The notes beneath the pieces are model-generated. The model saw only the letters and a program-made list of their open reading frames with translations, did not search any database and was not told the DNA's origin. This document shows, one piece after another, positions 9,658 through 19,044 of a stretch of DNA of 50,593 bases (positions are counted from its first letter, which is position 1; every line of letters starts with the position of its first letter). The position numbers and the translations under genes are program-made. This DNA comes from Candidatus Treponema equi (GTDB lineage: Bacteria > Spirochaetota > Spirochaetia > Treponematales > Treponemataceae): assembly GCA_018064785.1 (NCBI GenBank), contig JAGHUO010000005.1, positions 1 through 50,593 of the forward strand. Reading direction: 5' to 3'.

Positions 9658-9802
9658 ATTTCGCCCCTTAAAATGTAGATTGTCTGCAAAAAGAAAATTC
9701 CAAAAAAAGGCGGAATCGGGTTCTTCCCCCAAAAACGCCGGCCATTTTTTTATGGCACGGTATTTTTGAAATTCTTAATGCAGCTTTTTATCTTGTAATT
9801 TT

Positions 9803-9831
9803 AAGATAAGGCAGAAATTTTCATATGTCAA
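9803..9831 (-). promoter_or_regulatory. Sigma70 promoter of the glucan phosphorylase gene
   Basis: TTGACA (9831-9826), 17 nt, TATCTT (9808-9803). Confidence 0.75.
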
Positions 9832-9843
9832 GCAACCGGTTGC
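9832..9843. promoter_or_regulatory. Putative LacI/GalR-family operator
   Basis: Perfect palindrome GCAACCGGTTGC with central CG, directly abutting the -35 box. Confidence 0.7.
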
Positions 9844-9915
9844 CATTCCGGGGGTATTTCAAAAACATCTAGTATAAATCGAAAAATTCAGTCATGGAAA
9901 TAACGGAAAATTTGC

Positions 9916-11571
9916 CTATTTGATCAGCTTTCCGTTTGAGAAATCTTCCAGTGCCTTCTTCTTCATGAGGTTGTGCTGTTTCTTTCCTGTGGCGGTGTGG
10001 GGAATTTGTTCTGTGAATGCGTAGTATCTTGGTCTTTTGTACATTGAGAGTATAGGACTGTTGTTGCAGAATTCCCTCAGCTCCTCGATTGTGAGCGCGT
10101 TGTCTTTGGGAATCACGTAAGCGACTACAGCCTGGCCTCTCACGCTGTCCGGAATGCTGGTGACGATGCAGTCAAGAACTTTCGGATTGCGCATGATTGC
10201 TTCTTCAACCTGCTGTGGGTAGATGTTTTCTCCAGAGACTACCATCATGTCATCCATGCGTCCGCAGACTGTGACAAGCCCGCTTTTGTTCCAGGTGCCC
10301 ATGTCTCCGGTGTACATCCACCCCTTGTAGAATTTTTCTTTTTCCGCTTCAGGATTTCCGTAGTATGAGTATGTTGTCTTTTCTGGACAGCGTATGATAA
10401 TTTCACCTTCGGTCTTTCCGTCCATTGGAACTGTGTCCTCCGGTTCCGTTCTTGAACCATTGCTTATCTTCACGATTCTTGTCTCATCATCGACACAGCT
10501 GTAGCCAACGGAGCCTGCTCCAGACGGAAGATTATAAGGACGCAAAAATGAATTCCAGAAAGTTTCAGTTGTTCCGTAGCCGTTGAAAATATTCGGTGTC
10601 AGCACACCCATGTAACGTATGCAATCGGACCTTGTAAGTGGTCCACCCATGGTGACAATTCCGCGGATGGAAGAAAGATTCCTTGAATTCCTTTCCTGGG
10701 ATCGGGCAAGCATCTCAAGGTTTGCAGGAGCTCCCATTACGTAGGTGATCTTGTATTTTGCGATCCAGTCCAATGCGGTCTGAGGCTTGAAGGTACGCAT
10801 GACAACAACAGCACCACCAATATAGAAGGTAGGGCAAGGACCACCCGAATGGACTCCTCCTCTGTGGAACCAGGGAGTCATGTTCAGCGTGATGTCGTTG
10901 CAGTTCATAGGGTAATGCATTATTACATCATGGGCGCTCAGGACTTCGTTTATATCGTTGACAGGAACGCATTTCGGCAGTGATGTGGTTCCGCTTGTGC
11001 AGAGCCTTAGGACTTCATCATATATGTGGGGACGGAACTCAACTACCGGATTTTCCTCGCTTCTATCCTTCGTAAAGTCAATATAGGAAATGTGTCCTTC
11101 CGGGATGCTCTCTTCTGTGACATTGTCCGCCATGATCACATAGTCGACTTTATGCCTGCAGGTTTTCAAAGCATTGACGATGGTGTCTTTTATTGCAGCT
11201 GAATAGATTATGGCTTTGGGCTTGTTGTGGTCTATGAGCTGGGACATTTCCTCATAGGCAAGGCTTGTGTTTGCGGCAAGGAGGATCGCTCCGGCTTTTC
11301 TTGTTCCGATATAGCTGGTGCAGAATTCCGGACAGTTTTTCAAGGCAGACATGACGACGTCGTTTTTCTTTATTCCAAGGTCAACAAGGCCATGTGCAAA
11401 TTTGTTGGACTCACTGTTCAGTTGGGAATATGTCCAGATGGTGTCTGTCTCAGGATCAATGACAGCCTGTTTTGTGCCGTACCGGTTTACGTTGCGGAGA
11501 AAACCATTGAGCCATGTGTACCCATGTTCAAAGTTGTCTATGAACATGCTGTCATTGTATGTTCGTTCCAT
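9916..11571 (-). CDS. AMP-dependent acyl-CoA synthetase (ANL superfamily)
   Basis: CTSGTTSLPK, GYGTTE, YTGD, GRMDDM..SGENIYP, TATGK motifs; 8 bp downstream of aroA. Confidence 0.93.
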   Translation of the reverse strand: MERTYNDSMFIDNFEHGYTWLNGFLRNVNRYGTKQAVIDPETDTIWTYSQLNSESNKFAHGLVDLGIKKNDVVMSALKNCPEFCTSYIGTRKAGAILLAANTSLAYEEMSQLIDHNKPKAIIYSAAIKDTIVNALKTCRHKVDYVIMADNVTEESIPEGHISYIDFTKDRSEENPVVEFRPHIYDEVLRLCTSGTTSLPKCVPVNDINEVLSAHDVIMHYPMNCNDITLNMTPWFHRGGVHSGGPCPTFYIGGAVVVMRTFKPQTALDWIAKYKITYVMGAPANLEMLARSQERNSRNLSSIRGIVTMGGPLTRSDCIRYMGVLTPNIFNGYGTTETFWNSFLRPYNLPSGAGSVGYSCVDDETRIVKISNGSRTEPEDTVPMDGKTEGEIIIRCPEKTTYSYYGNPEAEKEKFYKGWMYTGDMGTWNKSGLVTVCGRMDDMMVVSGENIYPQQVEEAIMRNPKVLDCIVTSIPDSVRGQAVVAYVIPKDNALTIEELREFCNNSPILSMYKRPRYYAFTEQIPHTATGKKQHNLMKKKALEDFSNGKLIK

Positions 11572-11579
11572 CTTGCTTT

Positions 11580-12956
11580 TTACTGGACATCCTTGAAATC
11601 TGCTCCGATTTCCTTCATTACTTCAAAGAATCGAGGGAAGCTTACGCTGCAGCATTCCGCATCCTTTATGGAAACGGATTCCCCATCAGCAAGTCCGAGA
11701 CCAAGACATGCCATGCTCATTGCGATTCTATGGTCAAGGTATGAATCTACCTCGCCGCCGTGGATCTTGAAATCTGGATTAGGAGTTCCGTCTGCCTTAA
11801 GTGGAGAATGACCACGGATGATCATGAAATCTTCGCCTTCTTCTACGACTGCACCAAGCTTTTCAAGTTCCGACTTAAGGACCTTGATGCGGTCTGTTTC
11901 TTTTCTGCGGCATACGGCTGCATCTTCGATGACTACAGTTCCTTCGATGAAACAAGCGATGGCGGCAAGGGCACAGATTGCGTCAGGGAATTCAGAGATC
12001 TTTACGTGAAGTTCTCCGTCCGGAAGATTTTCAGTTGTAAGGCGTTTTCCACCGCGGACAACAATGGATTTCTTTTCTTCGTCTACAGTGATGTCGCCGC
12101 CAACTGATTTTAGGATATCTACGATGGCATCGTCACCCTGTGTTCCGCCTATGTCGATGTTGTCGATTGTGATCTCACTGTCAGTGATGAGTCCTGCAAT
12201 GAGAGGGAATGCAACAGCTTCCCAGTCGCTAGGAATCGTTGTGTCGAATGCCTTGATGTCTACAGGACCGTCAACTTCAATGGACTTGAAGTCATCGCTC
12301 ATCCTTACTGTGGCTCCCACTGACTCAAGCCACTTCTGTGTCATTGTGAGGTAAGGAGTTTCCTTTGGGTCGCTTAATTCAATTCTGAGTGTGCCTTCCA
12401 TGAGGAGTGCTGCCATCATGAGGCCCGAGATGTATTGGCTTGAAACGGCACCATCTGTAACGACCTTTGCCTTTGGGCTGATTGGACCTTCGACGATCAT
12501 TGGACAGGTTGTGGCACCAGGCTGTGAAATGTATGCATGGGCACCAAGCTGGTTCAATACATCAACCACGTGTGCCACAGGACGCTTTCTTATGCTTTCG
12601 TCGCCTGTGAAAATGCTCCATCCCTTGAATGTAGCTGCGATTGGAGAGAGAAAGTAGAGGAGTGAGCCGCTGTTTCCTACGTCCACAACATTTGAAGGAA
12701 GGTGTGCGTTCTTTCCGGCACCCTTGACTGTCCAGACCTTGTCGTTCTCCATGTCAGCAAGATTGTTTTCCAGCTGTGCTCCAACAAGGGGAATTGCCTT
12801 GCTTGTGCTAAGGCAGTCTGCGCTTGGAAGAGGATTGCTGATGTGTGAAGTTCCTTCCGCAAGGGATGCAAGAAGAAGAGCTCTGATTGTATGTGATTTT
12901 GATCCTGGAACCTGAATGTGTCCAGAAAGTCTTGATCTGCTTGTCTTTATTTTCAT
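11580..12956 (-). CDS. aroA: 3-phosphoshikimate 1-carboxyvinyltransferase (EPSP synthase)
   Basis: PGSKS..R, GNSG, SSQYISGL, R.KETDRI, DHRIAM, SFPRF; start at ATG 12956. Confidence 0.97.
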   Translation of the reverse strand: MKIKTSRSRLSGHIQVPGSKSHTIRALLLASLAEGTSHISNPLPSADCLSTSKAIPLVGAQLENNLADMENDKVWTVKGAGKNAHLPSNVVDVGNSGSLLYFLSPIAATFKGWSIFTGDESIRKRPVAHVVDVLNQLGAHAYISQPGATTCPMIVEGPISPKAKVVTDGAVSSQYISGLMMAALLMEGTLRIELSDPKETPYLTMTQKWLESVGATVRMSDDFKSIEVDGPVDIKAFDTTIPSDWEAVAFPLIAGLITDSEITIDNIDIGGTQGDDAIVDILKSVGGDITVDEEKKSIVVRGGKRLTTENLPDGELHVKISEFPDAICALAAIACFIEGTVVIEDAAVCRRKETDRIKVLKSELEKLGAVVEEGEDFMIIRGHSPLKADGTPNPDFKIHGGEVDSYLDHRIAMSMACLGLGLADGESVSIKDAECCSVSFPRFFEVMKEIGADFKDVQ

Positions 12957-12963
12957 GAAAAAG

Positions 12964-13015
12964 ATTATATATATATGAATGAAAAATTGCAATTTTTACC
13001 GGTTTTAAGTAGTAT
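12964..13015. promoter_or_regulatory. Divergent sigma70 promoters sharing one palindromic -35 (TTGCAA 12987-12992)
   Basis: Minus strand: TTGCAA-17-TATAAT-7-ATG (aroA); plus strand: TTGCAA-17-TAGTAT-7-ATG (PAP2 gene). Confidence 0.7.
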
Positions 13016-13022
13016 TTTTATC

Positions 13023-13625
13023 ATGAAAAACAGATTCTTTCTTGCAACTACTCCGGTGTTCCTTGTGGTTCAGGCAGCATGTTACTGGACCATCAAGCTT
13101 TTTCAGTCAGATTACCACACCTTTGATTTCTGGATCGACAATGCCATTCCTTTTGTTCCGGCTTTTGTGTATGTCTACAATCTTTTTTATCCGTATACTC
13201 TTGTGTGCTTTTATCTGTTGTACAAGGCGGACCGTGAAAAATATACAAGGACTTTCATAAGCGGAATCATCAGTGTCCTTGTGTGCTATGCAGTCTACCT
13301 TGTCTATCCTACGGTCATGGTAAGGCCAGATGTCTCTTCCTTAGGCGGAATCACCGGGCGCTTCCTTGCTTTCACCTATGCCATGGATGAACCTGCGGTC
13401 AACTGTTGTCCTTCGATACACTGCCTCTTTGCTTTCCTCGTCATGGGTGCAGGCTTCTTCTCAGACAAAATAAAAAAGAGCCTGAAAGTGGTGTTCTTTA
13501 CAGGCTCCCTTCTCATAGTTCTATCTACTTTTTTCATAAAGCAGCATTACGTCATTGATGCCGTCACTGCCCTCGTTGCTTATCTTGCAGCGTGGTTCAT
13601 CGTCGGAAAAATCCGCCGCAAGTAG
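13023..13625 (+). CDS. PAP2-superfamily integral membrane phosphatase/phosphotransferase
   Basis: Several TM helices; YPT.M.RP, D...NCCPSIH and STFFIKQHYVID motifs. Confidence 0.88.
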   Translation: MKNRFFLATTPVFLVVQAACYWTIKLFQSDYHTFDFWIDNAIPFVPAFVYVYNLFYPYTLVCFYLLYKADREKYTRTFISGIISVLVCYAVYLVYPTVMVRPDVSSLGGITGRFLAFTYAMDEPAVNCCPSIHCLFAFLVMGAGFFSDKIKKSLKVVFFTGSLLIVLSTFFIKQHYVIDAVTALVAYLAAWFIVGKIRRK

Positions 13626-13633
13626 CTGTCGTC

Positions 13634-14683
13634 TTATTCGGCAAAGCGGATTTCCTGCCACAGGTTGTTGTACTTGTCCAGGTTTTCTCCAATGTCAAAC
13701 TTGAGTGTTCCGTTGTTCATCATCTCTGCCTGGTACATTGGCTTTGTTGTCACGTACTGGGCTGCGTCAGGATTCACGAAGCAAGGAAAGTGGAATGCGT
13801 CAAGGAATTTTGCATACACTTCAGGTCTGTGGATGTAGTTGATGAATTCGTTGGCAAGGGCTGCGTGCTTTGAGTCCTTGAGGATGCACATGCTGTCCAT
13901 GTATGAAGGACCGCCTTCTGCCGGAATGAAGAAGTCGATAGTTTCATCCCACTTGTCTTCTGGAACTTCTCCAAAGATTACTTCCGCATATCCCTGACAG
14001 AGCCAGAAATCTCCGCTGGCAAATGATTTTCCGAAACCTTCCGCATCAAATTTAACAAGGTTTGGCTTCCAGTTTGCGATGATGTAGTCCTTTGCCTTTG
14101 CAAGTTCAGCGTCATCTGTAGAATTCACGCTGTAGCCAAGGACTGTAAGGGCATCTCCCATTACCTCGCGCATGTCGTCCATCATTGTTGCATGTCCTGC
14201 GAAATTCTTGTCTGCAAAGATGTCCCATGTGCGTGCATAGTTTGCAGGAGCCTTTGTCTTGTTTACGCTGATTCCAGCCATTCCAAGATAGTAAGGAATT
14301 GTGTATTTGAAATCTGGATCGTATGCAGCCATCTTTGAGCAAAGAGGATTGATATGGCTCTTGTTTGTCATCTTTGACTGGTCCAATGGCTGGAACATTC
14401 CCTGTTCGATCATGATGGAACAGAAGTCCTGTGAAGGAACTACGATGTCGTATCCTTTTGCACCTGCGCGGAGCTTTGCGTACATCTCTTCGTTTGAAGC
14501 GTAGTAGTCAACTTTGACCTTGCAGTTGAATTCCTGCTCAAAGTCGCGGAGTACTTCATCTGGAGTGTAGTAGGTCCAGTTGTAGATGTAGAGTTCGTTG
14601 CTTTCCTCGCCACATGAAGCAAGTCCCAAAACCGATGCAGCAGTCAATGCTGCGACAAAAATTCCTTTAAAAAATCTTTTCAT
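13634..14683 (-). CDS. potD: Spermidine/putrescine ABC transporter substrate-binding lipoprotein
   Basis: Lipobox LASC; LYIYNW.YY, SNEEMYAKL, YDIVVPS, DDMRE; start at ATG 14683 after SD AAGGA. Confidence 0.93.
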   Translation of the reverse strand: MKRFFKGIFVAALTAASVLGLASCGEESNELYIYNWTYYTPDEVLRDFEQEFNCKVKVDYYASNEEMYAKLRAGAKGYDIVVPSQDFCSIMIEQGMFQPLDQSKMTNKSHINPLCSKMAAYDPDFKYTIPYYLGMAGISVNKTKAPANYARTWDIFADKNFAGHATMMDDMREVMGDALTVLGYSVNSTDDAELAKAKDYIIANWKPNLVKFDAEGFGKSFASGDFWLCQGYAEVIFGEVPEDKWDETIDFFIPAEGGPSYMDSMCILKDSKHAALANEFINYIHRPEVYAKFLDAFHFPCFVNPDAAQYVTTKPMYQAEMMNNGTLKFDIGENLDKYNNLWQEIRFAE

Positions 14684-14732
14684 GTTGTCCTTCTTGATAA
14701 GAGTTGAATATTGATTTTTTTTGATTTGTGTA

Positions 14733-15608
14733 TCAATGTGCTGCTGCAAAGCTCTTGAGTCTGTTCTTAAGTATAACTGCAACAGCAGTGATGATGAGGA
14801 TAAGAACAAAAGACAGTGCGTTGATTACAGGGCTTACTCCAAAACGGATCATGGAATAAACATAGAGCGGAAGTGTTGAACTCCCAGGTCCTGAAACAAG
14901 AGCTGTGATGACATAGTCTTCCAGGGACATTGTAACGCTCATCATGAAACCGCTGATGATGCCAGGCATGATTGCCGGAATCACAACCTTCCATAATGTC
15001 TGCATTTCATTGGCACCAAGGTCGTGGCTTGCTTCGATGATTGAATAGTCAAATTCATCTACGCGTGCGCTTACCATAAGGTACACAAAAGGAAGACAGA
15101 AAGTTGTATGTGCGATGAAGATGGTGAAAAGTCCAAGAGACATCTTTATTCCGCTGAAGAAGATCAGCAGAGAAATACCCATGATTACTTCTGGAAGTAC
15201 CATAGGAAGAAAACTTACTGTCTGGATGTATGACTTTCCAAGGAACTTGTACCAGCTGACACCGATTGATGCCAGGGTTCCAAGAATCGTTGCGACGATA
15301 CCTGATGTAATGGCGACTATGAGGCTGTTCATCAATGCCTGCCATAGAGGTTTTGATGAGAACACCAGCTTCTCATACCATATGAAAGAAAATCCTGTCC
15401 AGGTGGTGTCCTTTGCGCTGTTGAATGAAAAGCATACAATCACAAAAAGCGGAAGGAAAAGGAAAAGCAATGAAAGCACAAGGACTGTGTTTGAGAAACT
15501 GAAAGGAACCGCGCGTTTCTTCCAGCCGCGTTTTGCATGTCTTGCATTTTCTGAGTTGGGCCTTTTCTTGAACACCTTATTGTATAAAGCCAATGCCGGA
15601 TTCTTCAT
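14733..15608 (-). CDS. potC: Polyamine ABC transporter permease
   Basis: FSFN...GFS..WY, PEVIMG, EAA-like loop EASHDLGA. Confidence 0.93.
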   Translation of the reverse strand: MKNPALALYNKVFKKRPNSENARHAKRGWKKRAVPFSFSNTVLVLSLLFLFLPLFVIVCFSFNSAKDTTWTGFSFIWYEKLVFSSKPLWQALMNSLIVAITSGIVATILGTLASIGVSWYKFLGKSYIQTVSFLPMVLPEVIMGISLLIFFSGIKMSLGLFTIFIAHTTFCLPFVYLMVSARVDEFDYSIIEASHDLGANEMQTLWKVVIPAIMPGIISGFMMSVTMSLEDYVITALVSGPGSSTLPLYVYSMIRFGVSPVINALSFVLILIITAVAVILKNRLKSFAAAH

Positions 15609-16606
15609 TTTGTTTCTCCAAGTTTTGCGCTAGAGATTGCATCAGCAATGGAAGTTGTCGTGTCTTCCTTTGTTGATTTTTTGTTGAGCTGTGCTTCCTT
15701 CTTTCCTGTAGAAAGCATGAGGAGAACACCTGCCATTGAGATGAGTGTGATCACAAGGCTGAATGCAGAAGCCAGAGGCCAGTTGCGAACCTTCTGAACC
15801 TGATCGACTATGATGTTTCCAAGCATGTAGCTGTCCTTTCCGCCTACAAGCTGAGGGACAGTGTATGTTCCGAAAATTGGAATGAATGTGAATATTATTG
15901 CGCTCAACACACCGCTCTTGATTCCTGGGAGAAGAACCTTGACCATGGACTGTGGTTTTGTTGCTCCAAGATCACGTGCTGCTTCAAGAAGTGTGAAGTC
16001 AAATCTGTCCACTGCTGTGAATATAGGAAGGATTGCGTAAGGCAGGTACATGTAGATGCTTACCAGGATTACGGCTCCCTTTGTGAACATGAATTTATGC
16101 GGAACGAATTCAGCGGTTCCGCCTGTGATTTTCTGCCATAGGTTGAAAAAGCATGCGAGAATCTGGTTAAGGATTCCGTTGTCGCCAAGGATTGTGATCC
16201 ATGCAAAGATACGGATGAGGCTGTTTGTAAGGAAAGGAACGACAACGAGGATGAGAAGTATTGTCTGATGTCTGCTTCTTGCCATTGCATAGCCGCAAGG
16301 AAGGGCGATGAGGATTGTCACTATCGTTGAAAAGATTGTGATCCAAAGTGTCCTGAGGAATATCATTCCATAGGCAGGTGAGAGCATCTGCTGGTATGCC
16401 TTGAGTGAGAATTCTGGTACAACTCCGCCATATACGTCACGCTTCATGAAAGAATAGGCGATGATGATTACAAGCGGAACAATGAAGAACACAGAAAACC
16501 AGACTCCCATTGGCCATGCATAGCCAGGACCAGGATTTGCTTTTCTGAACTTGCGCGAATATGCTGCAGACGCGATCTTAAGGTCTGTACTCTGCTTTTC
16601 TTCCAT
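15605..16606 (-). CDS. potB: Polyamine ABC transporter permease
   Basis: PF.TNSLIR.FAW, YLPY.ILP, LEAARDLGA, RNWPLASA. Confidence 0.93.
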   Translation of the reverse strand: MEEKQSTDLKIASAAYSRKFRKANPGPGYAWPMGVWFSVFFIVPLVIIIAYSFMKRDVYGGVVPEFSLKAYQQMLSPAYGMIFLRTLWITIFSTIVTILIALPCGYAMARSRHQTILLILVVVPFLTNSLIRIFAWITILGDNGILNQILACFFNLWQKITGGTAEFVPHKFMFTKGAVILVSIYMYLPYAILPIFTAVDRFDFTLLEAARDLGATKPQSMVKVLLPGIKSGVLSAIIFTFIPIFGTYTVPQLVGGKDSYMLGNIIVDQVQKVRNWPLASAFSLVITLISMAGVLLMLSTGKKEAQLNKKSTKEDTTTSIADAISSAKLGETK

Positions 16607-17796
16607 TACTTTTCAATGTCCTCTACAATATAGCCGTCTTCTGCTGCCCATGAGACATAGACAGTATCCTTCCATGCGATATCCGGACCGTCGTCCATGA
16701 AATTTCTGTGCTGCTGGAAAACCTTGAGTACGGCACCATTTTCGAGACGGACGTAGAATTTTGACTGGAAACCTGTGTATACAGGTTCTTCAACTATTCC
16801 CTTGAAAACATTTATGTCTTTTCTTCCATGAACGTCAGGGATGTCTGTTGTGATTCTGATTTTTTCCGGACGGATTGTGAAAGCAACCTTCTGTCCAGGT
16901 TCCGTATGGTCGTAGTCTGTGACCATCATGTACTTGTCTGTTTCTGCAAGTTCAGCGCTGTCTGTTGGCAGCGGTGCCTGCTTTCCAAGTGCTGGAACTG
17001 AACATGTGCACATGAATTCTTCCAGGCCGTTTTCATTCTTGTATGGAACGCATTCTGCAACAGTTGCCTCAAAGAGGTTTGTTTCTCCGATGAATTCCGC
17101 AACGAACTGGGTTGCTGGACTTTCGTAGATTTCAAATGGAGTTCCGACCTGAAGTACCTTTCCCTTGTTCATTACAGCGATTCTGTCTGAAACTGCAAGA
17201 GCCTCACCCTGGTCGTGTGTGACATAGATGAATGTAATTCCAATCTTGTCATGGAGAGCATCAAGGTCAAGAAGAAGGCTTGCACGAAGTTTTGCGTCAA
17301 GAGCTGAAAGTGGTTCGTCAAGGAGAAGTACCTTTGGCTCGTTGATGAGGGCACGGGCAATGGCAACGCGCTGGCGCTGTCCGCCTGAAAGCTGGTTAGG
17401 CTTTTTAAAGATGTGCTGATCGAGCTGAACCAGGTGAAGGTATTCGCGCACCTTTCTGTCGATTTCCTTCTTGTTTACTTTTCTAAGACGCAATGGGAAC
17501 GCAACATTTTCATAAACTGAAAGATGAGGAAAAAGCGCATAGCTCTGGAAAACCGTGTTTGAAGGTCTTTTGTTTGCCGCTAAGGATACAATATCCTTGT
17601 CATCAAAAAGGACAACCCCGTCATCAGGAAATTCAAATCCTGCGATTATGCGGAGGAGTGTAGTCTTGCCGCAGCCTGATGGTCCGAGAAGTGAAAAGAA
17701 TTCACCCTGCTTAATTGTGATATTAACGTCATCAAGCGCATGGAAAGATCCAAAGTGCTTTGACACATGGTCAATAGAAACTGTACTTCCGTTCAC
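16606..17796 (-). CDS. potA: Polyamine ABC transporter ATP-binding protein
   Basis: Walker A GPSGCGKT, LSGGQRQR, LLLDEP, VTHDQ, C-terminal TOBE-like region; GTG start after AGAGGAG. Confidence 0.95.
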   Translation of the reverse strand: MNGSTVSIDHVSKHFGSFHALDDVNITIKQGEFFSLLGPSGCGKTTLLRIIAGFEFPDDGVVLFDDKDIVSLAANKRPSNTVFQSYALFPHLSVYENVAFPLRLRKVNKKEIDRKVREYLHLVQLDQHIFKKPNQLSGGQRQRVAIARALINEPKVLLLDEPLSALDAKLRASLLLDLDALHDKIGITFIYVTHDQGEALAVSDRIAVMNKGKVLQVGTPFEIYESPATQFVAEFIGETNLFEATVAECVPYKNENGLEEFMCTCSVPALGKQAPLPTDSAELAETDKYMMVTDYDHTEPGQKVAFTIRPEKIRITTDIPDVHGRKDINVFKGIVEEPVYTGFQSKFYVRLENGAVLKVFQQHRNFMDDGPDIAWKDTVYVSWAAEDGYIVEDIEK

Positions 17797-17949
17797 TGCA
17801 GTACAACTCCTCTAAATGGATATGTATTTTTGTTAATATCCCCCTAATACACTAAATTGTCAATAAAATTCAGAAAAAAAGTCCAATTATTTTTGAAAGG
17901 CGGAATCACGCAATTTTCCGTGAAAAAATAAATCTTTAATACAATATTC

Positions 17950-17978
17950 TTGTCGAAAAGGAATTTTTGAATTATTAT
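17950..17978 (+). promoter_or_regulatory. Sigma70 promoter, probably leaderless, for the PilZ gene
   Basis: TTGTCG-17 nt-TATTAT, then 6 nt to ATG 17985. Confidence 0.6.
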
Positions 17979-17984
17979 AGTAAT

Positions 17985-18965
17985 ATGGCAGTTGTTACCG
18001 CTCAGGTCCTTAATCGTTATTACGATGAATACAAGGATACAGAAATAACTTTCTCGAAAGATATCATGCGTACACTCAAGATGGATCCACGTCAGATTTA
18101 CATCAAGAGCGGTGGGTTGCAGTGGCCGTGTATTATCAACAGCACTACATTCAATGTTGCCAAGATCATCGTTGGTACAAAAAGTGGTGCCTATCAGGTT
18201 CTTTCAAAGGTAGAGCCTGCGCCAGTCAGCCTTAGATACAGTTTCTATCAGCCGGATGGACAGCTCATGAGCTTCTTCGTGTCGGCAAGAGTTCAGATAT
18301 GCAAGCCTTACATGAACAGTTCGGAACTTGCCATCGTCCAGCTCCAGTATACACAGCGTCCGCCTGATGACCTAATCCAGATGATCGGAAATCTCCTTGA
18401 TGCCAACGTTAATGCCGTAAAGCGCAAGGAAGACCGCATTATAATCAACCAGGACTCCATGAGAAGACTTGGCATCGCAAAGAAAGAAATGGTAATTTCC
18501 ATCCAGAATGTACCACGCCACTGCATCTTGCAGGATCTTTCTTTTGGCGGAGCAAAGATTGTCCTTATGGGACTTGCACAGTACCTCCTCAACAAGGAAG
18601 TCCAGCTTCAGCTTGAATTTGACGAACCTCATGAGATCCTTACCCTCAGCGGTATTGTTGTAGGCGCAAGCTTCATTGAAGGCAGAAAGGACATCATCGT
18701 TGCCAGCATCAAGTTCAATGAGGATTCCATCAGCCTTCCATACAAGATCCACATCAACAAGTACATTACTTCAACACGCAAAAGCGAGCTTGAAAACAAG
18801 TACGGCAATGACAATGTGGAAGTTGCTGTTCCTGTCGAACAGAAACCGGCAGCACCAGCGGCTCCTAAGGCACCTGCTGCCCCAGAGGCAGCTCCTGCGG
18901 CAGCGGCAAACGCACCTGCAAAAACTGGTGATACTCCGGCTGCGGCACCTTCTCCTTCCGCATAG
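17985..18965 (+). CDS. Spirochete PlzA-like c-di-GMP receptor (PilZ domain) with Pro/Ala-rich tail
   Basis: RKEDR (RxxxR) and DLSFGG (DxSxxG) motifs after a ~145 aa N-terminal domain. Confidence 0.88.
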   Translation: MAVVTAQVLNRYYDEYKDTEITFSKDIMRTLKMDPRQIYIKSGGLQWPCIINSTTFNVAKIIVGTKSGAYQVLSKVEPAPVSLRYSFYQPDGQLMSFFVSARVQICKPYMNSSELAIVQLQYTQRPPDDLIQMIGNLLDANVNAVKRKEDRIIINQDSMRRLGIAKKEMVISIQNVPRHCILQDLSFGGAKIVLMGLAQYLLNKEVQLQLEFDEPHEILTLSGIVVGASFIEGRKDIIVASIKFNEDSISLPYKIHINKYITSTRKSELENKYGNDNVEVAVPVEQKPAAPAAPKAPAAPEAAPAAAANAPAKTGDTPAAAPSPSA

Positions 18966-18993
18966 GACAGGTGAGTTTCATTTGTTTTTTTTA

Positions 18994-19028
18994 AGCATCT
19001 CTGATATGTTAGGGATGCTATTTTTTTT
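18994..19028 (+). terminator. Probable intrinsic terminator
   Basis: AGCATCTCTGA-tatg-TTAGGGATGCT stem (with GU pairs) followed by a T8 tract. Confidence 0.55.
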
Positions 19029-19044
19029 ATCTAAGGAATAAATT

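Noticed and set aside
9658-9732. TTG-started extension of the glucan phosphorylase ORF
   Set aside because: ATG 9657 has an SD and starts the recognisable family sequence; the extension runs through the structured leader
17928-17960. Sigma28 (FliA) promoter upstream of the PilZ gene (TAAA...GTCGAAAA)
   Set aside because: Spacing of 19 nt does not fit the ~15-16 nt consensus; a sigma70 leaderless promoter explains the site better
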